A stretch of 64,000 nt of DNA from an uncultured Akkermansia sp. (GCA_964506575.1 CAZDLY010000004.1:19876-83875); one strand, 5' to 3'; positions 30,590-41,202 are shown, counted from the first letter of the stretch. Program-made: numbers and translations. The notes: generated by a model not told the origin, from the letters alone.

Positions 30590-31288
30590 ATGACACACTC
30601 CCAACCCGTGACCTTCGCCCTCTATTTCGGCAACCGCGGTTTCTTCCCGGAGACGCTGATCGCCGCCGCCCGTCTGGAACTCGACGCCGCGGTGAAGCGC
30701 GCCGGCTATGGGACCCTGCTCCTGGATGCCGGAGCGACCCGCCACGGCGCGGTGGAGACCGTGGCCGAGTGAGCGGTGTACGCCGATTTCCTGGTCCGCA
30801 ACCGCGGCCGCTTTGCCGGCGTCATCCTGTGCCTGCCGAATTTCGGCGACGAGACCGGCGCCGTCGCTGCTTTGCGCGACGCGGGCGTTCCAATACTCGT
30901 GGCCGCCTATCCCGACGAGCTGGACAAGATGGGCTTCTCCGAACGGCGCGACGCCTTCTGCGGCAAGTTCTCGATCATGGACGTGTTCTGCCAATACCGC
31001 CTGCCGTTCACCGCGTTCACGCCGGCGCCGCTGACCTTTGCCAGCGCCAAGACCGAGGACGGCCGGCTGGTCTTATATCTCGGCGAGGGCGCGTTCACCG
31101 CCGACCCGATCGCCGACGACTTCTTCGGCTGCGCCGGCGTGGCGCAGATCGCCGATCTGCAGCGGAAGCTGCTGGCCATCGGGCGCCAGGGCTACCGGCA
31201 TCACGTCAGCGTGACGACCGGGCACACCGCCGAGGCCGTGCGCGAGGCCTTTGTCCGTTATTTGGATTACACCGTAACCGCGCTGTAG
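30590..31288 (+). pseudogene. L-fucose/L-arabinose isomerase-family remnant
   Basis: FGNRGFFP, LPNFGDE, RRDAFCGKFS N-terminus joined directly to FFGCAGVA...HHV C-terminus; in-frame TGA at 30770-30772; about 230 codons, far shorter than typical family members. Confidence 0.75.
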
Positions 31289-31295
31289 GTGCCTG

Positions 31296-32513
31296 ATGAG
31301 CCTGATGGGGGTTGATGTCGGGACGACGGGGTGCAAGGACGCGGTCTTTGCCACGGACGGCCGTGTGCTCTCGGGCGCCTATCGCGAGTATCCGGTCCTG
31401 CACCCTGCGCCGGGACGGGTGGAACTGGACAGCGTCCGGGTGTTCGGCCTGATCCAGGAGGTGATTCGCGAGGCGGCGGCGGCGGCGGCCGATCCGGTGA
31501 CCGCGCTGTCGTTCAGTTCCATGGGGGAGACGCTGGTGCCGGTCTCGCGCGACCGCCGCATCCTCGGCCCTGCGATTGTCGCATCGCTCGACCTGCGGGG
31601 GGGGCGAATACGCCGATGCCGTCGTCGCGCGCGTCGGCCGGGAGGCGTTCTATTCAATCAATCGGAATATCCCGGCCGCCACCTACTCCCTGCCCAAGCT
31701 GATGTGGCTGCGCGATCACCAGCCGCAGGCGTACGCGGCCGCCGACCTGTTCCTCCCGTGGGGCGATTGCGCGGCGTTCCTGCTTGGCGGCGAGTCCCGA
31801 ACCAGTTTCGCACAGGCCAACCGGACGCTCCTGTTTGATGTCCGGCTGGAGGCCTGGTCGCCCCGCTTGCTGGAAGCGGGCGGCATCGACCCTTCCAAGC
31901 TGCCGATTCCCGTTGCGAGCGGCACGCGCGCCGGCCGGGTGGATGCCGCATCGGCGGGCAGGCTGGGGCTTCCGGAGGGTGTCGCGCTGGTGGTCGGCGC
32001 GCACGACCAGTGCTGCGGTGCGCTCGGGGCTGGCATCATCCAGGCGGGGTCGCTCGTCCGCTGGTTTCGCGACGCTTTTGCCTCCGCCGACCGGCGCCTG
32101 CTGGGGCCGGATGCCGACATCTATGCGGCGCTCGATGCGGAGATCCCGCGCACCCCCACGAATCTGCTCGTCCTGCCGTATTTCGAACCGTCCGGTTGAA
32201 CCTGGCCACCCAGGAGTTTGTAGCCACGGGCGGCGGGGCGCGGTCCGACGTCTGGCTGCAGATCATGGCCGACGTGCTGGGGGTGCCCTTCGTGCGGCCC
32301 GATCTGACCGAGTGCGGCGCCCTGGGCGCGGCGATGCTCGCGGGCTTGGCGACCGGGGTGTACGGCTCACCCGAAGCGGCCGTCGCCGTCTTTGTGAAAC
32401 CGGCCAGGCGTTTCGAGCCCGACGCGCGCAATCACGCCCACTATCGCCTCCAGTTCGAGCGCTACGATCGGCTGTTCACCGCGACCTACCCCATCCTTCA
32501 AGGGGGCCGGTGA
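31296..32513 (+). pseudogene. FGGY carbohydrate kinase (xylulokinase-like), degraded
   Basis: GVDVGTTGCK, KLMWLR, GAHDQ, TGGGARSD motifs spread over three frames; frameshift at G8 run 31597-31604, break at 32197-32199, apparent internal deletions. Confidence 0.85.
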
Positions 32514-32667
32514 CAGGGCCCTCTTTTGGTATTGACATTTTTCGCATTTTTGTCATTCTTAACTACCTCTTCTGTCGTAGAAGGTTTCGGACCGGTTGCG
32601 GAGGATCCCGTGAATGGGAGGTGCCGCGTGTGTGGGTGCGGGGTGGCTTAGCGAAGGAGTTTCAGAC

Positions 32668-33588
32668 GTGGGTAGAGCAAGCGTTTTTTCGGGGCAGGGC
32701 GCTCAATACGTTGGCATGGGCAAGGATCTGGCCGCTGCCGACGGGGCGGTTCTCTCCCTTTTTGACCGTGCGAACGACGTGCTGGGAATGGATCTGAAGT
32801 CCCTGTGCTTCGAGGGGCCGATCGAGGCGTTGACGCAGTCCAACGTCTGCCAGCCGGCCATTTTTGTGGTCAGCGTGGCCTGTCTCCGCGCGTATCAGGC
32901 GCGTTTTCCGGAGGCCCGGTTTGATCTGACGGCCGGGCTGAGCCTGGGCGAATGGACGGCGCTGCATGCGGCGGGCGTTCTGGGTTTTGACGAGACGCTG
33001 CGGGTGCTGGAGGCGCGCGGGCGTTTCATGCAGGAGGCCTGCGGCGCGCGCGAGGGAGGCATGGTGAGCATCATGGGCGCCACAGCCGAGCAGCTCGACG
33101 CCCTCTGCGGCGCGGCCGGCGTGACCCAGGCCAACATCAATTCCGAGTCCCAGGTGGTGCTCTCGGGCGCCAAGGCCGGCATCGCCGAGGCGGTCCGGCT
33201 GGCCGGCGAGATGAAGCTCAAGGCGGTGCCTCTGGCGGTGGCCGGGGCGTTCCATTCGTCGCTGATGGCTCCGGCTCGGGAGAAACTGGCCGGCTTCCTG
33301 AAGGCGGTGCCGTTTGGCGCCCCGCGGATGACGGTGCTTTCCAATGTGACGGGGCAGCCGCATCCGGCGGACGGCGAGGCGATCAAGGCGCTCATGCTGC
33401 GGCAGGTGACCGAGTCGGTGCGGCTGCTCGATTGCGTGCGCACGGCGCGGGCGGCGGGCGTCTCCGATTTCACCGAATTCGGCCCGGGGAAGGTGCTCTC
33501 GGGGCTGATCAAGCGGATTGACAAACAGTTCGCCGTGGCGAACGTCCAGGACGTGCCGTCGCTCGACGCGTTGACGCGGCCGGCCTGA
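32668..33588 (+). CDS. fabD: Malonyl-CoA:ACP transacylase
   Basis: FSGQGAQ, QPAI, GLSLGE, GAFHS, EFGPGKVL; GTG start after AAGGAG. Confidence 0.93.
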   Translation: MGRASVFSGQGAQYVGMGKDLAAADGAVLSLFDRANDVLGMDLKSLCFEGPIEALTQSNVCQPAIFVVSVACLRAYQARFPEARFDLTAGLSLGEWTALHAAGVLGFDETLRVLEARGRFMQEACGAREGGMVSIMGATAEQLDALCGAAGVTQANINSESQVVLSGAKAGIAEAVRLAGEMKLKAVPLAVAGAFHSSLMAPAREKLAGFLKAVPFGAPRMTVLSNVTGQPHPADGEAIKALMLRQVTESVRLLDCVRTARAAGVSDFTEFGPGKVLSGLIKRIDKQFAVANVQDVPSLDALTRPA

Positions 33589-33641
33589 GCCCGGCGTCGG
33601 GCGCAGAAACACGGATTCATCCATAACAAAGGGAACACACA

Positions 33642-34385
33642 ATGGGAAAATTTGACGGAAAGATCGCGTTGGTCACCGGCGCGGGGCGGGGTATTGGACG
33701 CGTCATTGCCGAGACGCTCGCGCGGGATGGCGCCGACCTGGTGCTGTGCGACGTGATGCCCGATCCCCTCGAGGAGTGCGCCGCCGCCATCACCGCTCTG
33801 GGGCGCAAGGTGTTGACGGTGGTGACCGACGTGGGCAACAAGGATTCGGTGGAAGCGTGCGTGGCGCGCGCGGTTGAGACATTCGGCCGGATCGATATTC
33901 TGGTCAACAACGCCGGAATCACCCGGGACAAGCTGTTGATCCGGATGAGCGACGAGGACTGGGATCTGGTTCTGCAGATCAATCTGAAGGGCGCGTTCCT
34001 GTTCTCGCGGGCTGCGGCCCGGCTGATGATGAAGCAGCGTTCGGGGGTGATGATTCAGATCGCCTCCATTATTGGCTTGATCGGGAACGCCGGTCAGTGC
34101 AATTATGCTGCTTCAAAGGCCGGTCTCATCGCCATGACCAAGTCACTGGCGAAGGAGCTGGGATCACGGGGCGTCCGCGTGAACGCGGTCGCGCCGGGGT
34201 TTATCGTGTCGAAGATGACAGACGCCCTTCCAACGGAAGTGCGTGATCAAATGCTGGCCAACACGCCACTGGGGCGCTTCGGCGCGCCGGAGGATGTGGC
34301 GAATGCGGTGGCGTTTCTCGCATCGGATGACGCGTCCTACGTGACGGGTCAGGTTCTGAGCGTGAACGGTGGAATGTCAATGTGA
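33642..34385 (+). CDS. fabG: 3-oxoacyl-ACP reductase
   Basis: [25 protein letters not shown]. Confidence 0.95.
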   Translation: MGKFDGKIALVTGAGRGIGRVIAETLARDGADLVLCDVMPDPLEECAAAITALGRKVLTVVTDVGNKDSVEACVARAVETFGRIDILVNNAGITRDKLLIRMSDEDWDLVLQINLKGAFLFSRAAARLMMKQRSGVMIQIASIIGLIGNAGQCNYAASKAGLIAMTKSLAKELGSRGVRVNAVAPGFIVSKMTDALPTEVRDQMLANTPLGRFGAPEDVANAVAFLASDDASYVTGQVLSVNGGMSM

Positions 34386-34447
34386 CAAAGCGCGGCGGGA
34401 ACGATCCCGCCGCGTATTAAACAGACGAGTGCGAGGAGAATGGTATC

Positions 34448-34696
34448 ATGGCCAACAAATTGGAAGAGCGGGTCAAGGCGATCATCGTCGAGCAGTTGGG
34501 CGTCAATGCCGAACAGGTCACACCTGAGGCGTCGTTCATTGACGATCTCGGCGCCGACTCGCTGGACACCGTGGAACTGATCATGGCGTTCGAAGAGGAG
34601 TTCGGGGCTGAGATCCCGGATGAGGACGCGGAGAAGCTGACGTCCGTCGGCAAAGTGATCGCGTATCTCGCCGGAAAAGGCTTCGACAAGGAATAA
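34448..34696 (+). CDS. acpP: Acyl carrier protein
   Basis: [12 protein letters not shown]; fabD-fabG-acpP context. Confidence 0.95.
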   Translation: MANKLEERVKAIIVEQLGVNAEQVTPEASFIDDLGADSLDTVELIMAFEEEFGAEIPDEDAEKLTSVGKVIAYLAGKGFDKE

Positions 34697-34715
34697 TCGA
34701 GCCTGTCTCTGCGAC

Positions 34716-34753
34716 AAACCGGGGGACCGTCAGGCGGAACCCCGGTTTTTTTT
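34716..34753 (+). terminator. Intrinsic terminator after acpP
   Basis: AAACCGGGG...CCCCGGTTT stem followed by T-run. Confidence 0.75.
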
Positions 34754-34794
34754 GTTTCAGGAGGACGGGTCCGGCGTTCAGGCGGATGTGAACG

Positions 34795-35274
34795 ATGCGA
34801 AAGAACGAGCGGCTAATTCTGGCGGTGGCCACGGGTTTCGGACTCGGCTACGCGCGTGTGGCGTCGGGGACGTTCGGCACGCTGGCCGCGCTGCCGATCG
34901 CCGTGTGGCTGATTCGTTTTCACGAGCGGTGGTGGTGGCAGGCCGCGGTTGCGGCGGGGCTGGCACTGCTGGCGGTGCCGATCTGCGATGCCGCCGAGAA
35001 GATTCTGGGCACCAAGGACGACGGGCGCATCGTGGCCGACGAGTGGATGCTCTTTCCCATCTGCCTGATCGGGCTTCCCGTGCGGGAACACTGGCCGATT
35101 CTGCTGCCGCTCTGCTTCGTCGTCGCGCGCATCTGCGACATCATCAAACCGCCCCCCGCCCGGAGGCTTGAGCGTCTGCCCGGCGGCGTCGGCATCGTGC
35201 TCGATGACCTGGTCGCCTCGCTCTACGCGCTGGCCATCAACCACCTGGCGTGGTGGTGGATCCGCCCAGGCTGA
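34795..35274 (+). CDS. pgpA: Phosphatidylglycerophosphatase A
   Basis: SGTFGTL, DDGRIVADE, DIIKP, GGVGIVLDDL. Confidence 0.9.
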   Translation: MRKNERLILAVATGFGLGYARVASGTFGTLAALPIAVWLIRFHERWWWQAAVAAGLALLAVPICDAAEKILGTKDDGRIVADEWMLFPICLIGLPVREHWPILLPLCFVVARICDIIKPPPARRLERLPGGVGIVLDDLVASLYALAINHLAWWWIRPG

Positions 35275-36880
35275 TCAGCGAGCGTCCTGAAAACGCCCAG
35301 AGGATGCGTCCGGCGAGATCCGCCTCCTTCCACGGCACCGGCAGCACGGGTATGGCCAGGCGGCGCAGCATCTCCCGGCAGGGCTTGGAGATCTCATCGC
35401 GCGACACCACCAGCGCGGGCGTCCGCTGGGTCCGCGGATCGTTTCGCAGCTTGAGCAGCGTCTCGGAATTCGGATCCTGGCCGCAGCAGCATTCGAACAC
35501 CAGCATGTCGGCCGCCTGCGTGGCGCACAGACGCAGCGCCTCTTCCAGAGAGCGGGCACCTCGGACGCGGTACCCGTGTTGCGCGAGTTGCCCCTCCAAC
35601 GTCAGCGCCACGTCCGCAGTGATGCAGAAAGTCGCCACGGCGGGGGGTTCGGCCAGAGGCAGCCGGATGGTCACGGCCGTGCCGCGGTCCGAACCGGGAA
35701 CCGGGCTGTCCACGCGCAACGACCCCCCATGCAGCTCGACGATTTCGCGCGAGATGGCGAGTCCCAGTCCGGAGCCGGTCACATGGTCGCCGACGCGGAA
35801 ATACCGCTGCGTGACACGTGCCAGCGCATCCGGCGGAATACCCACCCCGGTGTCGGAAACGGTGATCAGCGCAAACCCGGAATCAGCCGGGTCGCGCGCG
35901 AGCGAGACCGTGATCTGCCCGCCATCATCGCCGCTGAATTTCACCGCATTGCCCACGACGTTGATCATGACCCGCTCGATCTTCTGGGCGTCGCACGTGC
36001 AAAACAGTTCAACCGGCGGCATATCGACCCGCATCCGGATGTGCTTGGCGTCGGCCTGGACGCGCAACGTCTCCACGCCCGCCTGAATCAGGGTCGTGCA
36101 GGGCGCCCGTGCCAAGGTTAGTGTGAGGGTTTTCGTTTCCACCTGGCGCAGGTCGAGGATGTCGTTGACCGTCGTCAGCAGCCGTTTGCAGTCGGAGTCG
36201 AGACGTTCGAGATACATGACCGCCCGTTCGGGGAGCGGCCCCACGACGCCGCGGAGCATGTTGCTGACGGCGTAGATCATCGACGTCAGGGGCGTGCGCA
36301 GCTCATGAGAGACGTTCGAGACAAACTCCATGCGCGCCCGATCATGCGCCTGCAACCGCTCGACCGCCTTTTCGAGCGCCTCCTGATCCCGCTTGCGCTC
36401 GGTGATGTTGCGCACGAAGAAGCAGAGCTGGTGCCCCTCTTCGTCGAGATTCAGGCGGTTGACCGCGATCTCCGCCGTGAACGAGGTGCCGTCCGTCCGG
36501 AGGCAGATGGCCTCGATGAGCGTGAACTTGTGGCTTAACAGGTTGGTGTGGATGGTGTCGATCAGCGACTCATCGGCTCCGGAGAGCAGACTCCACACCG
36601 GGAGTCCCAGCAGCCGCTCGTCATCCGCGAGGAAGAAATCAGCGGCGCGGCCGTTGAAATCAATCACCCGGCCCTTGCGGTTGGTGATCAGCACGGCGTC
36701 GTAGACGCTCTCCAGAAGCAGATCGTAGGGGGTGTCGCGGTTCAGCCGGTCATGCCGCTTGGCAGAGAAGGCGGTGGTCGTCACCGTGTCGGACCGCCGC
36801 GTCGCCCGGCGTGGTCCCCCCGCCGTCACCTCCGCCGCCGCGAGGTCGATGCGCATGGTTTGTGCCGACTGCTTGCTCAT
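35237..36880 (-). CDS. PAS-domain sensor histidine kinase with degenerate C-terminal receiver-like domain
   Basis: PAS, SHELRTPL H-box, NAVKF, DTGVGI, GSGLGL. Confidence 0.9.
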   Translation of the reverse strand: MSKQSAQTMRIDLAAAEVTAGGPRRATRRSDTVTTTAFSAKRHDRLNRDTPYDLLLESVYDAVLITNRKGRVIDFNGRAADFFLADDERLLGLPVWSLLSGADESLIDTIHTNLLSHKFTLIEAICLRTDGTSFTAEIAVNRLNLDEEGHQLCFFVRNITERKRDQEALEKAVERLQAHDRARMEFVSNVSHELRTPLTSMIYAVSNMLRGVVGPLPERAVMYLERLDSDCKRLLTTVNDILDLRQVETKTLTLTLARAPCTTLIQAGVETLRVQADAKHIRMRVDMPPVELFCTCDAQKIERVMINVVGNAVKFSGDDGGQITVSLARDPADSGFALITVSDTGVGIPPDALARVTQRYFRVGDHVTGSGLGLAISREIVELHGGSLRVDSPVPGSDRGTAVTIRLPLAEPPAVATFCITADVALTLEGQLAQHGYRVRGARSLEEALRLCATQAADMLVFECCCGQDPNSETLLKLRNDPRTQRTPALVVSRDEISKPCREMLRRLAIPVLPVPWKEADLAGRILWAFSGRSLISLGGSTTTPGG

Positions 36881-37419
36881 GCGTGGCGGGCCTCATTTTT
36901 CAGGCGCCGGAGCTTGCCGGCGACGGCGAGTTTCTGCACCTGAGACATGCGGTCGACCAGCAGGACGCCGTTGAGGTGGTCCACTTCATGCATCACGGCG
37001 CGGGCGAGGAGACCCTTCACGGTGAGGGTCTGGCGCGATGCGTCAAGGGCCAGGAAAGACACGGTCACCTGGTTGGGGCGCGAGATGAGCGCGTTGATGT
37101 CGGGAAAGCTCAGGCAGCCCTCGTTGTTCCGCTGAAGGCCTTCGGCGGCGAGGATCTCGGGATTGACGAGTACGAGCGGCATGGGGATCGCGGCGTTGAA
37201 GGCGCGGCACTCCGGCTTCTCGGCGTCGGGGGGGATGTCAATGACGCACATCGCCTCCTCGCGGCCGATCTGCGCGGCGGCGAGACCCACGCCGCCGGCC
37301 TCGCGCATGGTTTCGATCAGGTCGGCGGCGAGCCGGCGCATGTCATCGTTGACCGCCGGGACGGCCCGGGCTGACCGGCGCAGACTTGCGTTGCCAAAGG
37401 TGACGATCGGATGGATCAT
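36877..37419 (-). CDS. def: Peptide deformylase
   Basis: GVGLAAAQIG, EGCLS, HEVDHL. Confidence 0.95.
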   Translation of the reverse strand: MIHPIVTFGNASLRRSARAVPAVNDDMRRLAADLIETMREAGGVGLAAAQIGREEAMCVIDIPPDAEKPECRAFNAAIPMPLVLVNPEILAAEGLQRNNEGCLSFPDINALISRPNQVTVSFLALDASRQTLTVKGLLARAVMHEVDHLNGVLLVDRMSQVQKLAVAGKLRRLKNEARHA

Positions 37420-37466
37420 GACGGCAGCCTTTCCGAATGAAACGCGGTTTTCAGTTGCATGCCGTT

Positions 37467-38420
37467 TCAAGGCTTGGGCAGGACGATCCGCCAGGGGATC
37501 GGTTCTTCTGAGTTCTTCCCCGGAATGCCAATCGTAAGATGGTCGCCGGAGGCTTGAAGGGCACGAGCGACCGCCGCCGGAGGCTCTTCGATCGGTTTCC
37601 GGGGCGCCGCCGGAGCGACGGCCGCCGGAAGGGGCGCCGACTGGACGGTCACCGGTTGGGTCGCGGGAACCGGCGCGGCGGGAACCGGCGGTGCCGGTTC
37701 CGCGGCGGGGGAGGGGTTCAGATTCTCGACGGTGGCGCGCGGAACGAGCGGGCCGATGCTCGATGGCCACCTGGGGTTGGAACGCAGGGCCTCGTTCTCT
37801 TTTTGAATCGCGGCCAGCGCGGCCTTGATCTCGTCCAGGGCGGACGGCTGGGGCACGGCCGGAGCGGGCGTCTGGGCGGCGGCCAGCCTGGCGGCGACAC
37901 GCGCTTCGATGATGCGTTCCAGTGCCGCGGTGTCGAAGGTCGGCGACGCGGCGGGGGCGGGCCTGGCGGCCGCGGCCAGCCTGGCCGCGACCTGTTCCTC
38001 GATGGCGCGGGCCAGGGCGCCGGGATCGGTGGCCGCCGGCACCTGACCGGCCGGCGCCGTGCGCTGATCGATCAGCACCGAAAACAGCTTGTCATTCTTG
38101 GCCGAGATATCGCCATAGATCGAGACGCCGATGGCGATCAGACCCACCATGACCACGATCAGGAGGACGGCGAAAAAGGCGGACAGGAGAATCAGCCGTT
38201 GGCGCGCCCGCTGCCGTTCGGTTTCCAGATAGTCCTGAAACGCCTTGAGGACGGGAAACGAGTCGGGGTTGGCGTGGAGCGCGGCGTTGTGGATCGAGAC
38301 CAGCGCGCCCGGTTGCTCCGGCATGCCGGCATACGGCTGCTCGAAGGCCGGATTCGGCGTGCCGGACGCACCGGTGACCGTTTGCTTCGGAGGGATGTTC
38401 GAGGTCATGTCAGTTTCCAT
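37467..38420 (-). CDS. Single-TM Ala/Pro-rich hypothetical protein
   Basis: FPVLKAFQDY, one TM helix, internal repeat IE..VAARLAAA..PAPA, low-complexity linker. Confidence 0.7.
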   Translation of the reverse strand: METDMTSNIPPKQTVTGASGTPNPAFEQPYAGMPEQPGALVSIHNAALHANPDSFPVLKAFQDYLETERQRARQRLILLSAFFAVLLIVVMVGLIAIGVSIYGDISAKNDKLFSVLIDQRTAPAGQVPAATDPGALARAIEEQVAARLAAAARPAPAASPTFDTAALERIIEARVAARLAAAQTPAPAVPQPSALDEIKAALAAIQKENEALRSNPRWPSSIGPLVPRATVENLNPSPAAEPAPPVPAAPVPATQPVTVQSAPLPAAVAPAAPRKPIEEPPAAVARALQASGDHLTIGIPGKNSEEPIPWRIVLPKP

Positions 38421-38490
38421 GCGAAACGCAATCCGATGTGAGAACGCCGGGTATCATACCGACAATCCGTCCGGGAAACAAGCGTAGGAA

Positions 38491-38519
38491 TTGCAATTCG
38501 TCCGCGCGTTGTGTATGCT
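38491..38519 (+). promoter_or_regulatory. sigma70 promoter of ybaB-recR-yggS
   Basis: TTGCAA-17nt-TATGCT. Confidence 0.6.
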
Positions 38520-38585
38520 TCTCCTGTCCATTACCGGGCAACCCCGTTGGGCCGCCCAATCACGAACCGTCAGAAGAGGATTCTC

Positions 38586-38912
38586 ATGGCCAACATGTTC
38601 GATCAGGTCAAGCAGGCGATGCAGATGCGCAAGGAGGCGAAGCGCCTTCAGTCGGAAGTTGAAAAGATCACCTTTGAGTACGCCAACGCCGGCATCTCGT
38701 GCGTGGCGCGCGGCGACTTCTCGATCCTCTCGATCAAGATCACCCCCGAGGCGCTGAAAGAGGTGGTCGCCGGCAAGCCGGAGCGCTTCGAGACCATGCT
38801 CCACACCGTGGTCAACGCCGCGCTCAAGGGGGTGCGCAAACAGACGCAGGAGGCGATGGGCAAACTGATGAAGGATTCGAGCATGGCCGGCCTGTTCGGG
38901 GGCCTGGGCTGA
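38586..38912 (+). CDS. ybaB: YbaB/EbfC nucleoid-associated protein
   Basis: 108 aa, characteristic helical pattern, directly upstream of recR. Confidence 0.8.
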   Translation: MANMFDQVKQAMQMRKEAKRLQSEVEKITFEYANAGISCVARGDFSILSIKITPEALKEVVAGKPERFETMLHTVVNAALKGVRKQTQEAMGKLMKDSSMAGLFGGLG

Positions 38913-38917
38913 ACGCC

Positions 38918-39517
38918 ATGATCGGTCCGTTGGACAATCTGGTGCGGAGCCTGGCGCGGCTGCCGGGGCTGGGACGCCGCTCGGCTGAGCGGGCGGCGCT
39001 GGCGCTTGTCCGGAGACCGGAACACCTGCTCGATGAGCTGAGCGTCGTGCTGGCCGCCGCCCGTGAACGGGTGCGCTGCTGCGATGTCTGTGGTGGTTTT
39101 ACCACCACAGACGTCAATCCCTGCGCGCTCTGCACGGGTTCGGGGCGGGATCCGGAAATCCTCTGCGTGGTTGAGGAACCGGGCGACATTCTGGCGATCG
39201 AGCGCTCGGGCGGCTTCCGCGGCCGCTACCACGCGCTGCTGGGCAAGCTCTCGCCGGCGCGGATGACCGGACCGGCCGAACTCCGGATCCAGGCGCTTCT
39301 GGACCGGGTTCAGGCCGAGGGCGTGCGCGAGGTGGTGCTGGCCCTCAGCACCGATCTCGACGGCGACACCACCGCCGGCTATCTGGCCGAGCGGCTGCGC
39401 GCCTGCGGCGTGCGGGTGACGCGCCTGGCGTTCGGCCTGCCCGCCGACAGCGGCGTCGGCTATTCGGACCCGCTCACGCTGAAGCGGGCGCTCGGGGGGC
39501 GCCAGGAGGTGCCGTAA
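38918..39517 (+). CDS. recR: Recombination protein RecR
   Basis: LPGLGRRSAER HhH, C4 zinc finger, CVVE, YHAL.G, RLAFGLP. Confidence 0.95.
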   Translation: MIGPLDNLVRSLARLPGLGRRSAERAALALVRRPEHLLDELSVVLAAARERVRCCDVCGGFTTTDVNPCALCTGSGRDPEILCVVEEPGDILAIERSGGFRGRYHALLGKLSPARMTGPAELRIQALLDRVQAEGVREVVLALSTDLDGDTTAGYLAERLRACGVRVTRLAFGLPADSGVGYSDPLTLKRALGGRQEVP

Positions 39518-39521
39518 GCGT

Positions 39522-40274
39522 ATGGATGGGAACACGTCGGATAGCGTCGCAGCGAGCTTGGCACGGATCCGCGAACGGATTGCGCGCGCCTGCGAACAGT
39601 CGGGTCGAAGCCCGGACGAAGTCGAGGTGATCGGGGTCACCAAAACGTTCGGCCCCGAGGTGGTCGCCGAGGCGTGGGAGGCCGGCATTCGCCGTTTCGG
39701 CGAGAACCGCGTGCAGGAGGCGGCCTTCAAGATTCCCCAGTGCGTCACAGGCCCCGACTGGCACCTGATCGGCCACCTGCAGCGGAACAAGATCCGGCCG
39801 GCCCTGGCGTTCTTCTCGACGATCCACTCGATCGACTCGGTGCGGCTCGTCGAACAGCTTGACGAGGCCGCCGGCGAGGCGGGTGTGCGTCCCGACATTC
39901 TGCTCGAGGTGAACGTCTCGGGCGAAGCGAGCAAGTTCGGCATCCAGCCGGAAGAGGCGCCGCAGGTGGTGGAGCGGGCGCTGGCGTGCCGCGCGCTGAC
40001 GCTGGTCGGATTGATGACGCTCGCGCCGTTCTGCCCGGACCCCGAACAGACGCGTCCGTTCTTCGCCCGGCTGCGCGAGTTGCGCGACCGGCTGACGCAG
40101 GACTTCGGGATCGGTCTGCCCCGCCTCTCCATGGGGATGTCCAACGATTTTGAGGCGGCCGTGCGCGAAGGCGCCACGTGGGTGCGCATCGGCTCGCTGC
40201 TCTTCGGCCACCGGCCCACGATGAAGCAGAACCTGCGGCAGCAACTGGCTGCGGAGGGCGTCTGGGACGAGTGA
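39522..40274 (+). CDS. yggS: PLP homeostasis protein YggS
   Basis: GVTK, FGENRVQE, WHLIGHLQRNK, LSMGMSNDF, VRIGS. Confidence 0.93.
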   Translation: MDGNTSDSVAASLARIRERIARACEQSGRSPDEVEVIGVTKTFGPEVVAEAWEAGIRRFGENRVQEAAFKIPQCVTGPDWHLIGHLQRNKIRPALAFFSTIHSIDSVRLVEQLDEAAGEAGVRPDILLEVNVSGEASKFGIQPEEAPQVVERALACRALTLVGLMTLAPFCPDPEQTRPFFARLRELRDRLTQDFGIGLPRLSMGMSNDFEAAVREGATWVRIGSLLFGHRPTMKQNLRQQLAAEGVWDE

Positions 40275-40290
40275 TCCCCATCCGCCCGGC

Positions 40291-41202
40291 TCAGGATCGG
40301 GCGGCGGGTGTCTGCCAGGGCGGCGTGTCGGGCAGGGCGTCGAGGAAGGCGCGGGTGAGTTCCCCGGCATAGGCGCCGGCGTAGGTTCCCGCGAGGAAAC
40401 GGTCGAAGGATTCATCGTGGAACCGGCGCCAGGAGGCGTCTTCGCGGCCGGGGAGGACCGGATAAAAGAGGACGCCCGCTTCGGTTGCCGCGGCGAGATC
40501 GCCCGGCGCGTCGCCGATCAGGAGCACGCGGCCGGGCGGGTAGCGGCCATCGGTGGCGAGCCGGATCTGGCGGGCCTTGGAGCCGACCTCCTGACCGGCG
40601 ATGGCGCTCACCCGATGGGCGATGCCGTGATGGTGCCATTCCTTGAGCAAAGCCGCTGAGGGGGTTTGCGAAACCACGATCGCGTCGCAGGCTCGGGCAA
40701 TCCGGTCCAGGCTCTTGATCGCCCACGGGAACGGCGGTGTGGGCCGCATCCGCGCGTCAATGTCGGCATTGACCGCGAGGCTCCACTCGAGCACGCGCTT
40801 CAGGTCCGGGTCGCCGCTGCGGGCAACCTCGGCTTGCAGTGACGGGTTGCCGAGCGGCAGTCCCGACCGGCAGTACGCCCGCAACGCCCCGGTCGGAGGC
40901 AGCGGCACGCCGGACGCGCGGACGAGGTCCCACGATTCGAGCAGTTCAAAGGTCAGGAGGAGAGTGGTGAAGCGGTTCTGGCCGCGCGTTTTCGAGCCGA
41001 TGTTCACGTACTCGGCGGCGGCGCGCACTTGCGCCTCGATGCGTTCAAGCCCCCAGAACGCGCAGATGAGGGGATGAAAATGCTCTTTCTGCTTCACGTC
41101 CATGGTGTCAAAAACACAACCGTCGGAATCCACGCCCACGAATGCGTCGTGGGCGGGGCGGAGGGCGATGAGGTCAGCGGCCGTGGTATCGTGCGGGGTC
41201 AT
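40291..41202 (-). CDS. HAD family hydrolase
   Basis: VDSDGCVFDT motif I; LIGDAPGD motif IV. Confidence 0.82.
   Translation of the reverse strand: MTPHDTTAADLIALRPAHDAFVGVDSDGCVFDTMDVKQKEHFHPLICAFWGLERIEAQVRAAAEYVNIGSKTRGQNRFTTLLLTFELLESWDLVRASGVPLPPTGALRAYCRSGLPLGNPSLQAEVARSGDPDLKRVLEWSLAVNADIDARMRPTPPFPWAIKSLDRIARACDAIVVSQTPSAALLKEWHHHGIAHRVSAIAGQEVGSKARQIRLATDGRYPPGRVLLIGDAPGDLAAATEAGVLFYPVLPGREDASWRRFHDESFDRFLAGTYAGAYAGELTRAFLDALPDTPPWQTPAARS

Noticed and set aside
30770-30772. In-frame TGA in isomerase as selenocysteine or recoding
   Set aside because: Position is not a Cys-type site, likely GGA to TGA; gene also has a large deletion and neighbours are broken; TGA is an ordinary stop elsewhere
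31597-31604. G8 tract as phase-variation switch
   Set aside because: Kinase carries additional irreversible lesions, so switching could not restore it
32930-32955. FabD GLSLG instead of GHSLG
   Set aside because: Known natural variant; catalytic Ser and His retained
34391-34414. Perfect 10-bp hairpin between fabG and acpP
   Set aside because: No T-run; probably an mRNA processing/stability stem, not enough evidence for a feature
37860-38010. Internal repeat in Ala/Pro-rich membrane protein
   Set aside because: Two short degenerate copies in a low-complexity linker; ordinary
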